Positions 7,796-17,000 of a DNA stretch of 43,262 bases are shown piece by piece (position 1 is the first letter of the stretch; every line of letters begins with the position of its first letter). This DNA comes from an uncultured Blautia sp. GTDB lineage: Bacteria > Bacillota > Clostridia > Lachnospirales > Lachnospiraceae. Below the pieces are notes generated by a model. The model saw nothing but the letters and a program-made list of their open reading frames with translations, searched no databases and had not been told where the DNA came from. Position numbers and translations under genes: made by a program. The stretch lies in assembly GCA_944380045.1 (NCBI GenBank), contig CALWGI010000001.1:1-43262 (forward strand). The letters run 5' to 3'.

Positions 7796-8502
7796 AACGC
7801 TCTGAGTTTTTGCAGGATCCTTTTTTCCATTCTGGACACCTGTACCTGTGAAACCCCCAGTACCTTTGCCGTCTCTGTCTGCGTCATATCCCGGAAGAAC
7901 CTCATGGCGATCAGACTGCGTTCTTTGGGGTCAAGATTCCGGAGAAGTTCTTCCAGAAACATCCTGTCCATAAGGCGCTCCTGGGGATTTTCTTTATGAG
8001 GGATCCTGTCCGCCAGAGAGATTTCCGTCCCCTCCCCCTGATATACCGGGCGGTAAATGGATTCCACCTCAGAGTTGGATTCCATAGCCGACGCCACTTC
8101 CTCCGGCGGCATTTTTACAGCCGCGGACAGCTCCAGGACCGTAGGTTCCCTGCCCAGTTCACCTTCCAGCTGTTCTCTCATACGGTTGATCCTCATGCAG
8201 TTTTCTTTTATGGACCGGCTCACTTTTATCATACCGTCGTCCCGAAGAAAACGGCGAATCTCTCCCGCTATCATAGGCACGGCGTAGGTGGAAAACTTCA
8301 CCTCATAGCAGGGATCGAATCTGTCGACCGCTTTAAGCAGCCCGATACTTCCTATCTGAAACAGATCTTCCATCTCGGCCCCTCTTCCCGCGAATCTTTT
8401 TGCCACCGCGCAGATGAGGCCTGTATTTTCCGCAAACAATGTATCTCTTGCCTCTTTATCCCCCTGGTGCGCACGCCCGATCAGGGCAAGAGTATGCTCC
8501 AT
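7780..8502 (-). CDS. sigF: Sporulation sigma factor SigF
   Basis: EDLFQIGSIGLLKAVDRFD, KFSTYAVPMIAGEIRRFLRDDG.IKVSRS, TQTETAKVLGVSQVQVSRMEK; follows spoIIAA/AB. Confidence 0.93.
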   Translation of the reverse strand: MEHTLALIGRAHQGDKEARDTLFAENTGLICAVAKRFAGRGAEMEDLFQIGSIGLLKAVDRFDPCYEVKFSTYAVPMIAGEIRRFLRDDGMIKVSRSIKENCMRINRMREQLEGELGREPTVLELSAAVKMPPEEVASAMESNSEVESIYRPVYQGEGTEISLADRIPHKENPQERLMDRMFLEELLRNLDPKERSLIAMRFFRDMTQTETAKVLGVSQVQVSRMEKRILQKLRAFHEDS

Positions 8503-8512
8503 TTTATCCTCC

Positions 8513-8938
8513 TCACCTGCGGATCGTTTTCTTCATCCGGACACAGGTGCCCTTCCCCGGCGCTGATTCTACGGTTATCTCGTCCATAAACGCCTCCATG
8601 AAAGTAAATCCCATTCCCGAACGGTCTTTGTCCGGTTTGGTGGTATACAAAGGCTCCATCGCTTTTTTCACATCCGCGATACCCGTTCCATGATCGGTAA
8701 TGTCCACAAACAAATCCCCGCCCGCAAGCTTCAGATCCATTCGAATCTTATGTACTTCTCCTTCATAGCCGTGAATGATACAGTTAGTCACCGCCTCCGA
8801 CACAGCTGTTTTTACGTCCGCCACTTCCTCAAGCGTGGGATTCAGCTGCGTGAGAAAAGACGCTGCCGTCACTCTGGCCAGCCCTTCATTTACAGGCCGG
8901 CTGTCAAAAATCAAGGTCATTTCATTGGTGTGTTCCAT
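8513..8938 (-). CDS. spoIIAB: Anti-sigma F factor (Ser kinase)
   Basis: NE..AR, DVKTAVSEAVTN.IIHGY, D.G.GI, AMEPLYTT, RSGMGFTFME.FMD. Confidence 0.96.
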   Translation of the reverse strand: MEHTNEMTLIFDSRPVNEGLARVTAASFLTQLNPTLEEVADVKTAVSEAVTNCIIHGYEGEVHKIRMDLKLAGGDLFVDITDHGTGIADVKKAMEPLYTTKPDKDRSGMGFTFMEAFMDEITVESAPGKGTCVRMKKTIRR

Positions 8939-9273
8939 TATTCCTCCCCCTCTTCCTGATTTCTCTGAATTTCAATATACCGATGAACTCCTGACAGCTG
9001 CAGGATTCTGTGAATATGTCCGTTTACATTCACTGCCTTTACACAGCCCTTCTTCATTCCCAGCGCACGGTATCGCCCCATCAGCAGACCGATCCCGGAA
9101 CTGTCCATAAAACATGTACCCTTAAAATCAAAGATCATCGTACGGATATAATTTCTCCCCATAATTCTGTCAGACAGTTTCCTCACAGAATCAGATACCG
9201 GATGATCCACTTCGGCAGGCAGATGGACAGTCAGACTGGTTCCGTCCAGTTCATATTCATTTTTTTCATTCAT
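8938..9273 (-). CDS. spoIIAA: Anti-sigma F factor antagonist (STAS)
   Basis: EVDH, FMDSSGIGLLMGRY phosphoserine motif, RILQLSG. Confidence 0.93.
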   Translation of the reverse strand: MNEKNEYELDGTSLTVHLPAEVDHPVSDSVRKLSDRIMGRNYIRTMIFDFKGTCFMDSSGIGLLMGRYRALGMKKGCVKAVNVNGHIHRILQLSGVHRYIEIQRNQEEGEE

Positions 9274-9337
9274 TCAGCAGTTTCCCCCTTATTCTTTCTT
9301 TTTATTCGCATTTTTTGTATTTTCAGTCCGTCCAAAT

Positions 9338-9372
9338 AAAAACGGGGATGCGTTTTCACGCATCCCCTGTTT
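9338..9372 (-). terminator. Intrinsic terminator separating the TPR gene from spoIIA
   Basis: ggggatgcg-ttttca-cgcatcccc stem followed by GTTTTT on the minus strand. Confidence 0.8.
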
Positions 9373-9405
9373 CGAGGTTTCTCTCCGTTTTCTGTAAAAT
9401 GTCAG

Positions 9406-10692
9406 TTATTCATAATAGGAATCCTCGTAATACGAATCATCATAATATTCTTCCGAATAATTATCTTCATAATAGCCTTCTTCCGCTGAAGATTCCCCTG
9501 TATTTTCATCGCCGGAACTGTCTGCGGAAGGAGCTTCTGTATCTCCGATCCCCGTAACCCCGGTCGCGTCCCTGACCGTCGTATATATTCCACGCAGGTT
9601 ATCAGGCAGTACGTCAACCCGGACATTCTGCACAGCCACGGCCGCCTCGTCAAGGCTGTCCTGCTGCAGGTAAGCGTAAGCGGTAAGAAGAGCCTCGTAA
9701 CTCTGGCTCTTTGCCTGTTCCTGGGTCAGCTGTTCCGTTGCCTCCTCGGCAGTCGCTCCGGATTCTAAAGCTTCTCCCTGGGCTCTGGTAAGTTCCGCTC
9801 CCTGAGTTGCCAGAGATTCACTGTAACTGATGATCTGCTGGTTCGCCTCTTTATAAATGTCCTGGCGAATAGCAGGTACAGCCAACAGCCAGAAAGCCGC
9901 CGCGCCCGCCGCTATTCCGCACATAAGAAGCAGAAACACAGGAATTTTGGAATGTTCACGGTAAACAGGCATCCTGATATTTTCTTCTGTTTCTGTTCCC
10001 TCATATTCCCTGTCTTTCCTGCCGTTCAGGCGGAAGAGTCCTTTTTTCTTCCGTTCCAGCCTGGTCGGAACGCCGGTCTGCTCGTCCACCTCCCGGAGGA
10101 ACCGCAGAGTGGTGGTATTGGTCTTATCAATCTTTACTGCCTTTTTCAATATTTTTCTCGCCCTGTTCCACTCTCCGTTCTTAATCTGGATCAGAGCGAG
10201 AAGATGATAGCCTTTGATAAGTTTCGGATTCTGCGCCAGTATTTTCCTCAGCTGTATGGCAGCCATATCTTCATGGCCTTCCCGGCAGAGAAAAAGGGCA
10301 TGATTGTATTTTTTGATGGTTTCATTGATCCCCTGCAGCTTGTTGGAATTCGCCTGCAGGACATTGATGTATTCCGTGGCGGGATTCCTTATCGGCTGAA
10401 GATTCTTGCTGATCACCCATTCGCTCAATGCAGCCACCACTTCCCCGGTCTCGAAATATACCAGTCCAAGAAGATTTCTGGCCCGTATATTTTTTTTATC
10501 ATAGATCAGGCTCTGTTTCAGACACGCAATGGCTCCTGAGAGATCTCTGATGCTGGCTTTCTCCAATCCCTGGTTATACAGGCTTTTTGAGAGATAATCC
10601 ACTTTTTTCTGGATCAGCACATTATACCCGCAGTTCGGACAGTAATCCAGATCCGGATCTGTGAGAAATGCGCCGCAGTTCATACAATTCAT
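9406..10692 (-). CDS. Zinc-ribbon + tetratricopeptide-repeat membrane protein
   Basis: CMNC..CPNC; TPR-like helices (ARNLLGLVYFETGE, GYHLLALIQIKNGE); one TM; coiled coil; acidic Tyr-rich tail. Confidence 0.85.
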   Translation of the reverse strand: MNCMNCGAFLTDPDLDYCPNCGYNVLIQKKVDYLSKSLYNQGLEKASIRDLSGAIACLKQSLIYDKKNIRARNLLGLVYFETGEVVAALSEWVISKNLQPIRNPATEYINVLQANSNKLQGINETIKKYNHALFLCREGHEDMAAIQLRKILAQNPKLIKGYHLLALIQIKNGEWNRARKILKKAVKIDKTNTTTLRFLREVDEQTGVPTRLERKKKGLFRLNGRKDREYEGTETEENIRMPVYREHSKIPVFLLLMCGIAAGAAAFWLLAVPAIRQDIYKEANQQIISYSESLATQGAELTRAQGEALESGATAEEATEQLTQEQAKSQSYEALLTAYAYLQQDSLDEAAVAVQNVRVDVLPDNLRGIYTTVRDATGVTGIGDTEAPSADSSGDENTGESSAEEGYYEDNYSEEYYDDSYYEDSYYE

Positions 10693-10708
10693 GAATGGTG
10701 TTTCTCCT

Positions 10709-10861
10709 TTATTTCACACGTCTGCTGCCTTTTGCCTCCCGGAGGACCTCCTGCAGGACATCCAGGATATCTGTCAGCTCTTTCTCGTAAATAGCGCCTT
10801 CCGCATCCGTCACATCCAGACATGGTTCAAATTTCTTCAGTTCCTCTTCATAATCAATCAT
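10709..10861 (-). CDS. Small acidic hypothetical protein (50 aa)
   Basis: Below the ORF-track cutoff: MIDYEEELKKFEPCLDVTDAEGAIYEKELTDILDVLQEVLREAKGSRRVK; AAGGAGG RBS; overlaps the folC stop and fills the gap to the next RBS. Confidence 0.8.
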   Translation of the reverse strand: MIDYEEELKKFEPCLDVTDAEGAIYEKELTDILDVLQEVLREAKGSRRVK

Positions 10862-12158
10862 TTGCATCCTCCTTTCGGAGCAGTTCCTTGATTTCGCCTA
10901 CCAGGTAAAGAGATCCCACACAGAAAAGCATACCGTCTTCGCCTTTCAGGGAGAGCGCCGCATGAAACGCCGCTTCGGTATCCTCAAAAGCCTGCGCCGA
11001 CGGACATCCTTCCCGGCGGAAAATATCCGCCAGTTCCTCCGCCGGGACCTTACGGTAACCGCCCACCTGGGTCACTACAACATGGCGGAACCTGATTCTC
11101 CCAAGTATGGTTCTTATCATATCGGTATAGTCTTTGTCGTCCACCGCGGAAAACAACAGTGTCAGCGGATAGTCCTTCTGAAAATGCTCCGCAGTCTCCA
11201 CAAATTTCTCCACACCGTCTTCGTTATGGGCGCCGTCCACGATCACTCCGGGAAGGACTGTCTCCATTCTCCCCTGCCATCTTGTTTCCAGCAGCCCTTT
11301 TCTCACCGCGTCCTCCGGTATGGAGATCTGCTGCTTCAGGACTTCCACTGTCTTAAGAACAAGAGACGCGTTCATTACCTGATACCGGGCGATGAACGGT
11401 ATGGAAAATTCTGTATTTCCATAATACCCATTCTTAACGGAAAAATCAATGCCTGCCCTGGTGATTCCCTTAATTTCCGCATCTTCTCTCTTCACTTCAA
11501 ACCAGGGACTTCCCAGTTTCTCCGCCTGATCCCGGATAACTTTAGCCGCCTCCGGATCATTGCCGTCGAAGATCACCGGGACGCCCGGCACGATGATCCC
11601 GGCCTTTTCTCCCGCGATTTCCCTGATCGTATTTCCCAGGTACTGCATATGGTCGAAACTGATGGAGGTGATCACGCATGCGACAGGTTCCTCCACTGCC
11701 GTCGTGGCGTCAAGCCGGCCGCCGAGTCCCGTTTCCAGCATCACATAATCCACGCCGGCCTCCGCGAAGATCACCATTCCCATGAGAAACAGCATCTCAA
11801 AATAAGTAGGGTGATAGTTCCCTTCAGCCACCAGTTCGTCAGCCAATGCCCTGACTTTCAGAAAGGCGGCAAGAAAAGCGTCGTCATCAATATTTTTCTC
11901 ATTGATCTGGAACCTCTCATTGATGGTCACCAGATGGGGAGAGGTAAACAATCCGCAGGAATAGCCGGCCTCCCGGAATATGGAAGTAAGAAACGCGCAG
12001 GTACTCCCCTTTCCGTTCGTTCCCGCCACATGGATCACGCGGAATTTCTTCTCCGGATTTCCCAGCCTTTTCAGGCATTCTTTTGTGTGGGAAAGTTTAT
12101 TTTTGGTAGTAAATTTCGGTGTTTCCTCGATATATGCAACTGCTTCTTCGTAATTCAT
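10854..12158 (-). CDS. folC: Folylpolyglutamate/dihydrofolate synthase
   Basis: IHVAGTNGKGST, FTSPHL, ETGLGGRLDAT, DHMQYLG, EKAGII, WQGR.E, DGAHN, GSLYLVG. Confidence 0.95.
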   Translation of the reverse strand: MNYEEAVAYIEETPKFTTKNKLSHTKECLKRLGNPEKKFRVIHVAGTNGKGSTCAFLTSIFREAGYSCGLFTSPHLVTINERFQINEKNIDDDAFLAAFLKVRALADELVAEGNYHPTYFEMLFLMGMVIFAEAGVDYVMLETGLGGRLDATTAVEEPVACVITSISFDHMQYLGNTIREIAGEKAGIIVPGVPVIFDGNDPEAAKVIRDQAEKLGSPWFEVKREDAEIKGITRAGIDFSVKNGYYGNTEFSIPFIARYQVMNASLVLKTVEVLKQQISIPEDAVRKGLLETRWQGRMETVLPGVIVDGAHNEDGVEKFVETAEHFQKDYPLTLLFSAVDDKDYTDMIRTILGRIRFRHVVVTQVGGYRKVPAEELADIFRREGCPSAQAFEDTEAAFHAALSLKGEDGMLFCVGSLYLVGEIKELLRKEDAND

Positions 12159-12165
12159 AAAAAAA

Positions 12166-12265
12166 TCCACCACTTTTATCTATAATGTATTCGCAGCGGC
12201 TCAGGGGCTTCCGCCCCTGAAACACCGTTACGTTATCATTATATATGAGTGGTGGAAGATGTCCA
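12166..12265 (-). promoter_or_regulatory. folC leader: nested inverted repeats with an embedded sigmaA-like promoter
   Basis: Four paired segments around a GGAA loop; TGGACA-N16-TATAAT at 12238-12265. Confidence 0.6.
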
Positions 12266-12295
12266 GTACCAATCGTAATCTTTTATTCAACAGAA

Positions 12296-14317
12296 TTATT
12301 CATCATCCGTCTTAAGTTTCCATTTATTCTCACTGTACAGCATGTAACAGGAGCGGTCATAACTCTTGCTGAGCGCCTTTCGGGTAGGGGAATTGCTCCT
12401 CTGTATTACCGCCAGCCTGTCGAAATCGTCCAGTTCTGTCCCTGAGATGATCAGCGTGGTTGGATTCACATAGACGGTATCATACCAGTCTCCGTTCAGT
12501 TTCACCTGACTGGATGGCGTAAAGTTTGTACCGGTGATCCTGTAGGTGTAATCCACGGAAGACATCAGCTCCAGACCGTCCAGAGTCACATCATAAAGGC
12601 CCAGGCGCATCTTGGTACGCTTGAAGGGATTTTCCCCGTCGTAGGAATAACGTTCCCCATAAAGAAGATCATACTGAAGAGTTTCCAGATCAACCTGGTA
12701 ATTTCTGGTATTTCTCCTGGCCTGATGATAGCGGAAAATCGTTCCCTCGTGGATTCCCACCCGGTCCATTACTTCCGCCGCCATCTGATACGCCGCCAGA
12801 TTGACGTCATCTTTCTCAAGACCGAAATTATCCCACATCACATACTGTGTCTGGAAGAGGTATTTGTTTTCAAGATCCTCCACCTCCAGCCCCATTGTGG
12901 GAAGATGATCCCCGTACATTACCAGTACGACGTCTTCCGGATAATCTTCAAGAGCGGCTACCAGCTCGCCTACAAACTCGTCCATCTCATGGATCTCGTT
13001 GACATAGTATTCCCACTGGTTGTTCTTCTCCTCTGTGGCCGCGCCGGTAACTGTGATCTCAGGATCCTCGAGGATCGGTTCTTCCGGGTAGGCCCCGTGC
13101 CCCTGCACGGAGATGGTGTATACATAATCCGGCTGATCCTCTGTGGAATCCAGACACTTGATGATCTCATCCGTAAGGACACGGTCCCTGGTCCATCCAA
13201 GAGAGTTTTTGTCGTCCTCCTCCGGCATGTATTCCGCGGAAGTGAAGGTGTCAAATCCAAGATTCGGGAAAATACTCTTTCTGCTGTAGAAATTCGCCTC
13301 ATTGTTATGTATGGCATGAGTAGAATAGCCAAGATCCTTCAGTACATAAGGCGCGCTCTCGCAGGTGGTCTCCTTGAGGATACTCTTATAGGGGTATTCC
13401 CCGGGGCCGAAATAATGCATGCTCATTCCCGTTATGGACTCGAACTCTGTGTTCGCCGTTCCGGCTCCCACGGAAGGAACCTTGTAATAACCCGACGTAT
13501 ATTCCTCCATCAGTTTCCGGAAATTGGGGATCGGATCATCGGAAATATCCAGGTAGTTTACCAGTTCCGGATCAAAGAACGATTCCAGCTGGACGAATAC
13601 GATATTGGGAAGATCCTCTGTCTTCGTCTCAGGGAGATCCGATTCCGTTTCCTCGATCCGGGCGATCTCTTTCTCCGAATAGTCCCGGGGACAGCTGATT
13701 CCGGTGTTAAATATGGTTGTCGCCAGACAATAGGGATATCCGTAATCCTCATAGGCAAAAGCGATATTTCCAAAGTAGTTGGAAAGCACTCTTTTTTCCA
13801 GCGCCAGCTGCGTAATTCCTCCGAAAGCGGCCACGCCGGCCAGGACAAGGGGAAGATTATATCTGTACTTCAGCTTTCCCTTATATCTGGGTCCTTTGAT
13901 CAGAAGGATCAGAAGGATCAGGGCAAAAATCCCCAGCACGATCAGCGCAACCGTCACGCCCCAGGCCGGAAGGTATTTCTCCAGAAGGGCCATGCCGTCT
14001 GTCAGAAGCGCCAGATCCGGGCCTGTAAACGGGGTAACCCGGTTTGCCAGGATCACGCCGTTTACAATTCCCAGGAGCAGCCAGAACATCGCCAGCAGAA
14101 CCCTCAGGAAACATCTTCGCCGGAACAGGTATACGATCAGCGTTGTCGTAAAAATAAATGCTGCATTGTAGGCGAATACCAGAGGTTTCTCCGTCATATA
14201 CACCCACGCTTCGGACAGTGAATGCCTGCAGATGGCTTCGATCAGGAAATACCCCGCGGCGCTGAACAGCGCGTGAAGCAGAAGGGAGATCCTGTTGCAC
14301 ACATCATACCATTTCAT
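12296..14317 (-). CDS. LTA synthase-family membrane sulfatase/phosphoglycerol transferase
   Basis: About 5 N-terminal TMs, PNIVFVQLESFFD, GAGTANTEF (catalytic Thr), GFD.F, QGHGAY, YGDH. Confidence 0.88.
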   Translation of the reverse strand: MKWYDVCNRISLLLHALFSAAGYFLIEAICRHSLSEAWVYMTEKPLVFAYNAAFIFTTTLIVYLFRRRCFLRVLLAMFWLLLGIVNGVILANRVTPFTGPDLALLTDGMALLEKYLPAWGVTVALIVLGIFALILLILLIKGPRYKGKLKYRYNLPLVLAGVAAFGGITQLALEKRVLSNYFGNIAFAYEDYGYPYCLATTIFNTGISCPRDYSEKEIARIEETESDLPETKTEDLPNIVFVQLESFFDPELVNYLDISDDPIPNFRKLMEEYTSGYYKVPSVGAGTANTEFESITGMSMHYFGPGEYPYKSILKETTCESAPYVLKDLGYSTHAIHNNEANFYSRKSIFPNLGFDTFTSAEYMPEEDDKNSLGWTRDRVLTDEIIKCLDSTEDQPDYVYTISVQGHGAYPEEPILEDPEITVTGAATEEKNNQWEYYVNEIHEMDEFVGELVAALEDYPEDVVLVMYGDHLPTMGLEVEDLENKYLFQTQYVMWDNFGLEKDDVNLAAYQMAAEVMDRVGIHEGTIFRYHQARRNTRNYQVDLETLQYDLLYGERYSYDGENPFKRTKMRLGLYDVTLDGLELMSSVDYTYRITGTNFTPSSQVKLNGDWYDTVYVNPTTLIISGTELDDFDRLAVIQRSNSPTRKALSKSYDRSCYMLYSENKWKLKTDDE

Positions 14318-14332
14318 CCTAACACTCCTTTG

Positions 14333-16987
14333 TTACTTATCCATTTGTTTCAGCTGCAGGTTTACCTTTTCCATCATTCCTTCATATTTCTGAAGCTTCT
14401 CTTTTTCCGCTTCCACTTTCGCCGCGGGAGCTTTGTTCACAAAGTTGGGGTTATTCAGCATTCCCTCACACCTTGCGATCTCTTTCTTCAGTCGTTCCTG
14501 TTCTTTTTTCAGACGCTCGATTTCTTTCTCACGGTCCACAAGATCTTCGAGAGGCAGATAAACCACCGCGTCGGATACCACTACGGATACCGCGTCGTCA
14601 CCGACGCCGTCCTTGGTCTCCTGTACATGGATTCCGTTGGAGAACGCCAGATTCACGAAAGATTTTTTGCATTTTTCGTATCTCTCACAGGACGCGGCGT
14701 CTTTTCCCACGATCACCAGGCCTGTCTTCCTGTTCATGGGAACATTCATCTCTGTACGGATATTTCTTACACCGCGAACGGCCTCCTGGAATCCCGCCAC
14801 AGCTTTTTCGGCCTCCGGGAAGTTTCTCTTTCCGTCATATACCGGCCAGGGCGCGATCATGATGGATTCTTCTTCCGGAAGAAGGGTACAGTAAATTTCC
14901 TCCGTGATAAACGGCATGAAAGGATGCAGAAGTTTCAGTCCTTCCGTAAGCACAGTGCGCAGAGTCCAGAGAGCCTCTCCCGCCGCTTCGGGATTCTCCT
15001 CCTTATTCCAGAGGCGCACTTTCGCCATTTCGATATACCAGTCGCAGAGCTCGTCCCAAAGGAAATCGTATACTTTCTGTACGGCGATGCCGAGCTCATA
15101 TTTGTCCATATTCTCCGTCACTTCACGGATCACGGTGTTCAGTCTGGAAAGGATCCACTGATCCTCCATGCACAGCGCGTTCAGATCTTCCGGAGCTTTC
15201 ACTGTCTGCCCTTCCAGGTTCATCATGATGAATCTGGAAGCGTTCCAGATCTTATTCGCAAAGTTACGGCTCGACTCTACGCGCTCCCAGTAGAAACGCA
15301 TGTCATTGCCGGGCGCGTTGCCGGTGATCAGCGTCAGGCGCAGCGCGTCGGCGCCGTACTTGTCGATAACTTCAAGGGGATCGATCCCGTTCCCCAGAGA
15401 TTTACTCATCTTCCTTCCCTGGGAGTCTCTGACAAGTCCGTGGATCAGCACATGATGGAACGGAACGGTTCCTGTCTGCTCCAGGGCGGAGAATACCATA
15501 CGGATAACCCAGAAAAAGATAATGTCATATCCTGTCACAAGTACATCTGTGGGATAGAAGTATTCCAGTTCCGGCGTTTTCTCCGGCCATCCCAGTGTGG
15601 AGAAGGGCCACAGGGCGGAACTGAACCAGGTATCCAGAGTATCCTCATCCTGATGAAGATGAGTGCATCCGCACTTCGGACACTTCTCCGGCATCTCTCT
15701 GGCTACGACGACTTCACCGCACTCGTCGCAGTAATAGGCCGGGATCCTGTGTCCCCACCAGAGCTGACGGGAAATGCACCAGTCACGGATATTTTCCAGC
15801 CAGTGAAGGTAGGTTTTTCCGAAACTTGCGGGAACGAATTCCAGTTCTCCTGTCTTCAGGACTTCCATGGCGGCTTTCGCCATCTCGTCCATGCGGACAA
15901 ACCACTGAGGTTTGATCATAGGCTCCACGGTGGTGCCGCATCTGTCATGAGTTCCAACACTGTGGTTATGGGGAACCACCTTCACAAGCAGTCCCTGCTT
16001 CTCAAGATCCTCCACCATGGCTTTTCGCGCTTCATAGCGGTCCATTCCCGCATATTTGCCCCCGAGGGAATTAATGGTGGCGTCATCGTTCATGATGTTG
16101 ATCTCCGGAAGATTATGGCGTTTGCCCACCTCGAAGTCGTTGGGGTCGTGGGCGGGCGTGATCTTCACGCAGCCTGTCCCGAATTCTTTATCCACATACT
16201 CATCGGCGATCACCGGGATCTCCCTGTCTGTCAGCGGAAGTTTCAGCATTTTGCCCACAAGATCTTTATAACGCTCGTCGTCGGGATTTACCGCCACGGC
16301 AGTATCTCCCAGGAGAGTTTCCGGACGGGTGGTCGCGATCTCCACGAAGCGGCCTTCCTCTCCTGCGATGGGATAATTGATATGCCAGAAAAATCCGTCC
16401 TGGTCCTCGTGTTCCACCTCGGCGTCGGAGATAGACGTCTGGCATACAGGACACCAGTTGATGATCCTGGAGCCCTTGTAGATATATCCTTTTTCATACA
16501 GCTTGATAAACACTTCCTGAACGGCTCTGGAACACCCCTCGTCCATGGTGAAGCGTTCTCTCTCCCAGTCCGCGGACGCGCCCAGCTTTTTCAGCTGATT
16601 GATGATCTTTCCGCCGTACTCCTCTTTCCACGCCCACGCGTGCTTCAGGAATTCCTCACGGCCGATCTCATTCTTGTCGATGCCTTCTTTTTTCAGCTTC
16701 TCAATTACCTTTACCTCTGTGGCGATAGCCGCGTGGTCGGTTCCCGGCTGCCAGAGAGCCTCATATCCCTCCATCCTTTTGAAACGGATCAGGATATCCT
16801 GCATGGTCTCGTCAAGGGCATGGCCCATATGAAGCTGCCCTGTAACATTGGGCGGCGGCATTACAATCGTAAAAGGTTTTTTGTCAGGGTTTACTTTTGC
16901 GTGGAAGTAGCCGTTGTCCATCCATTTTTTGTACAGGCGTTCTTCCAGGCCTTTCGGATCATAGGTCTTTGCCAGTTCTCTGCTCAT
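14333..16987 (-). CDS. valS: Valine--tRNA ligase
   Basis: PPPNVTGQLHMGH, GTDHAAIATE, DWCISRQLWWGHRIP, KMSKS, C-terminal coiled coil; ATG 16987 after AGGAGGAG. Confidence 0.98.
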   Translation of the reverse strand: MSRELAKTYDPKGLEERLYKKWMDNGYFHAKVNPDKKPFTIVMPPPNVTGQLHMGHALDETMQDILIRFKRMEGYEALWQPGTDHAAIATEVKVIEKLKKEGIDKNEIGREEFLKHAWAWKEEYGGKIINQLKKLGASADWERERFTMDEGCSRAVQEVFIKLYEKGYIYKGSRIINWCPVCQTSISDAEVEHEDQDGFFWHINYPIAGEEGRFVEIATTRPETLLGDTAVAVNPDDERYKDLVGKMLKLPLTDREIPVIADEYVDKEFGTGCVKITPAHDPNDFEVGKRHNLPEINIMNDDATINSLGGKYAGMDRYEARKAMVEDLEKQGLLVKVVPHNHSVGTHDRCGTTVEPMIKPQWFVRMDEMAKAAMEVLKTGELEFVPASFGKTYLHWLENIRDWCISRQLWWGHRIPAYYCDECGEVVVAREMPEKCPKCGCTHLHQDEDTLDTWFSSALWPFSTLGWPEKTPELEYFYPTDVLVTGYDIIFFWVIRMVFSALEQTGTVPFHHVLIHGLVRDSQGRKMSKSLGNGIDPLEVIDKYGADALRLTLITGNAPGNDMRFYWERVESSRNFANKIWNASRFIMMNLEGQTVKAPEDLNALCMEDQWILSRLNTVIREVTENMDKYELGIAVQKVYDFLWDELCDWYIEMAKVRLWNKEENPEAAGEALWTLRTVLTEGLKLLHPFMPFITEEIYCTLLPEEESIMIAPWPVYDGKRNFPEAEKAVAGFQEAVRGVRNIRTEMNVPMNRKTGLVIVGKDAASCERYEKCKKSFVNLAFSNGIHVQETKDGVGDDAVSVVVSDAVVYLPLEDLVDREKEIERLKKEQERLKKEIARCEGMLNNPNFVNKAPAAKVEAEKEKLQKYEGMMEKVNLQLKQMDK

Positions 16988-17000
16988 TTGCTCCTCCTTA

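Noticed and set aside
9274-9340. sigmaH promoter and Spo0A boxes for spoIIA
   Set aside because: GGA-N19-GAAT is present but the spacing is longer than typical, and no TGNCGAA box is seen; too weak to call.
12160-12295. THF riboswitch upstream of folC
   Set aside because: The conserved THF aptamer sequence and three-way junction are not recognisable; the region is a simple rod.
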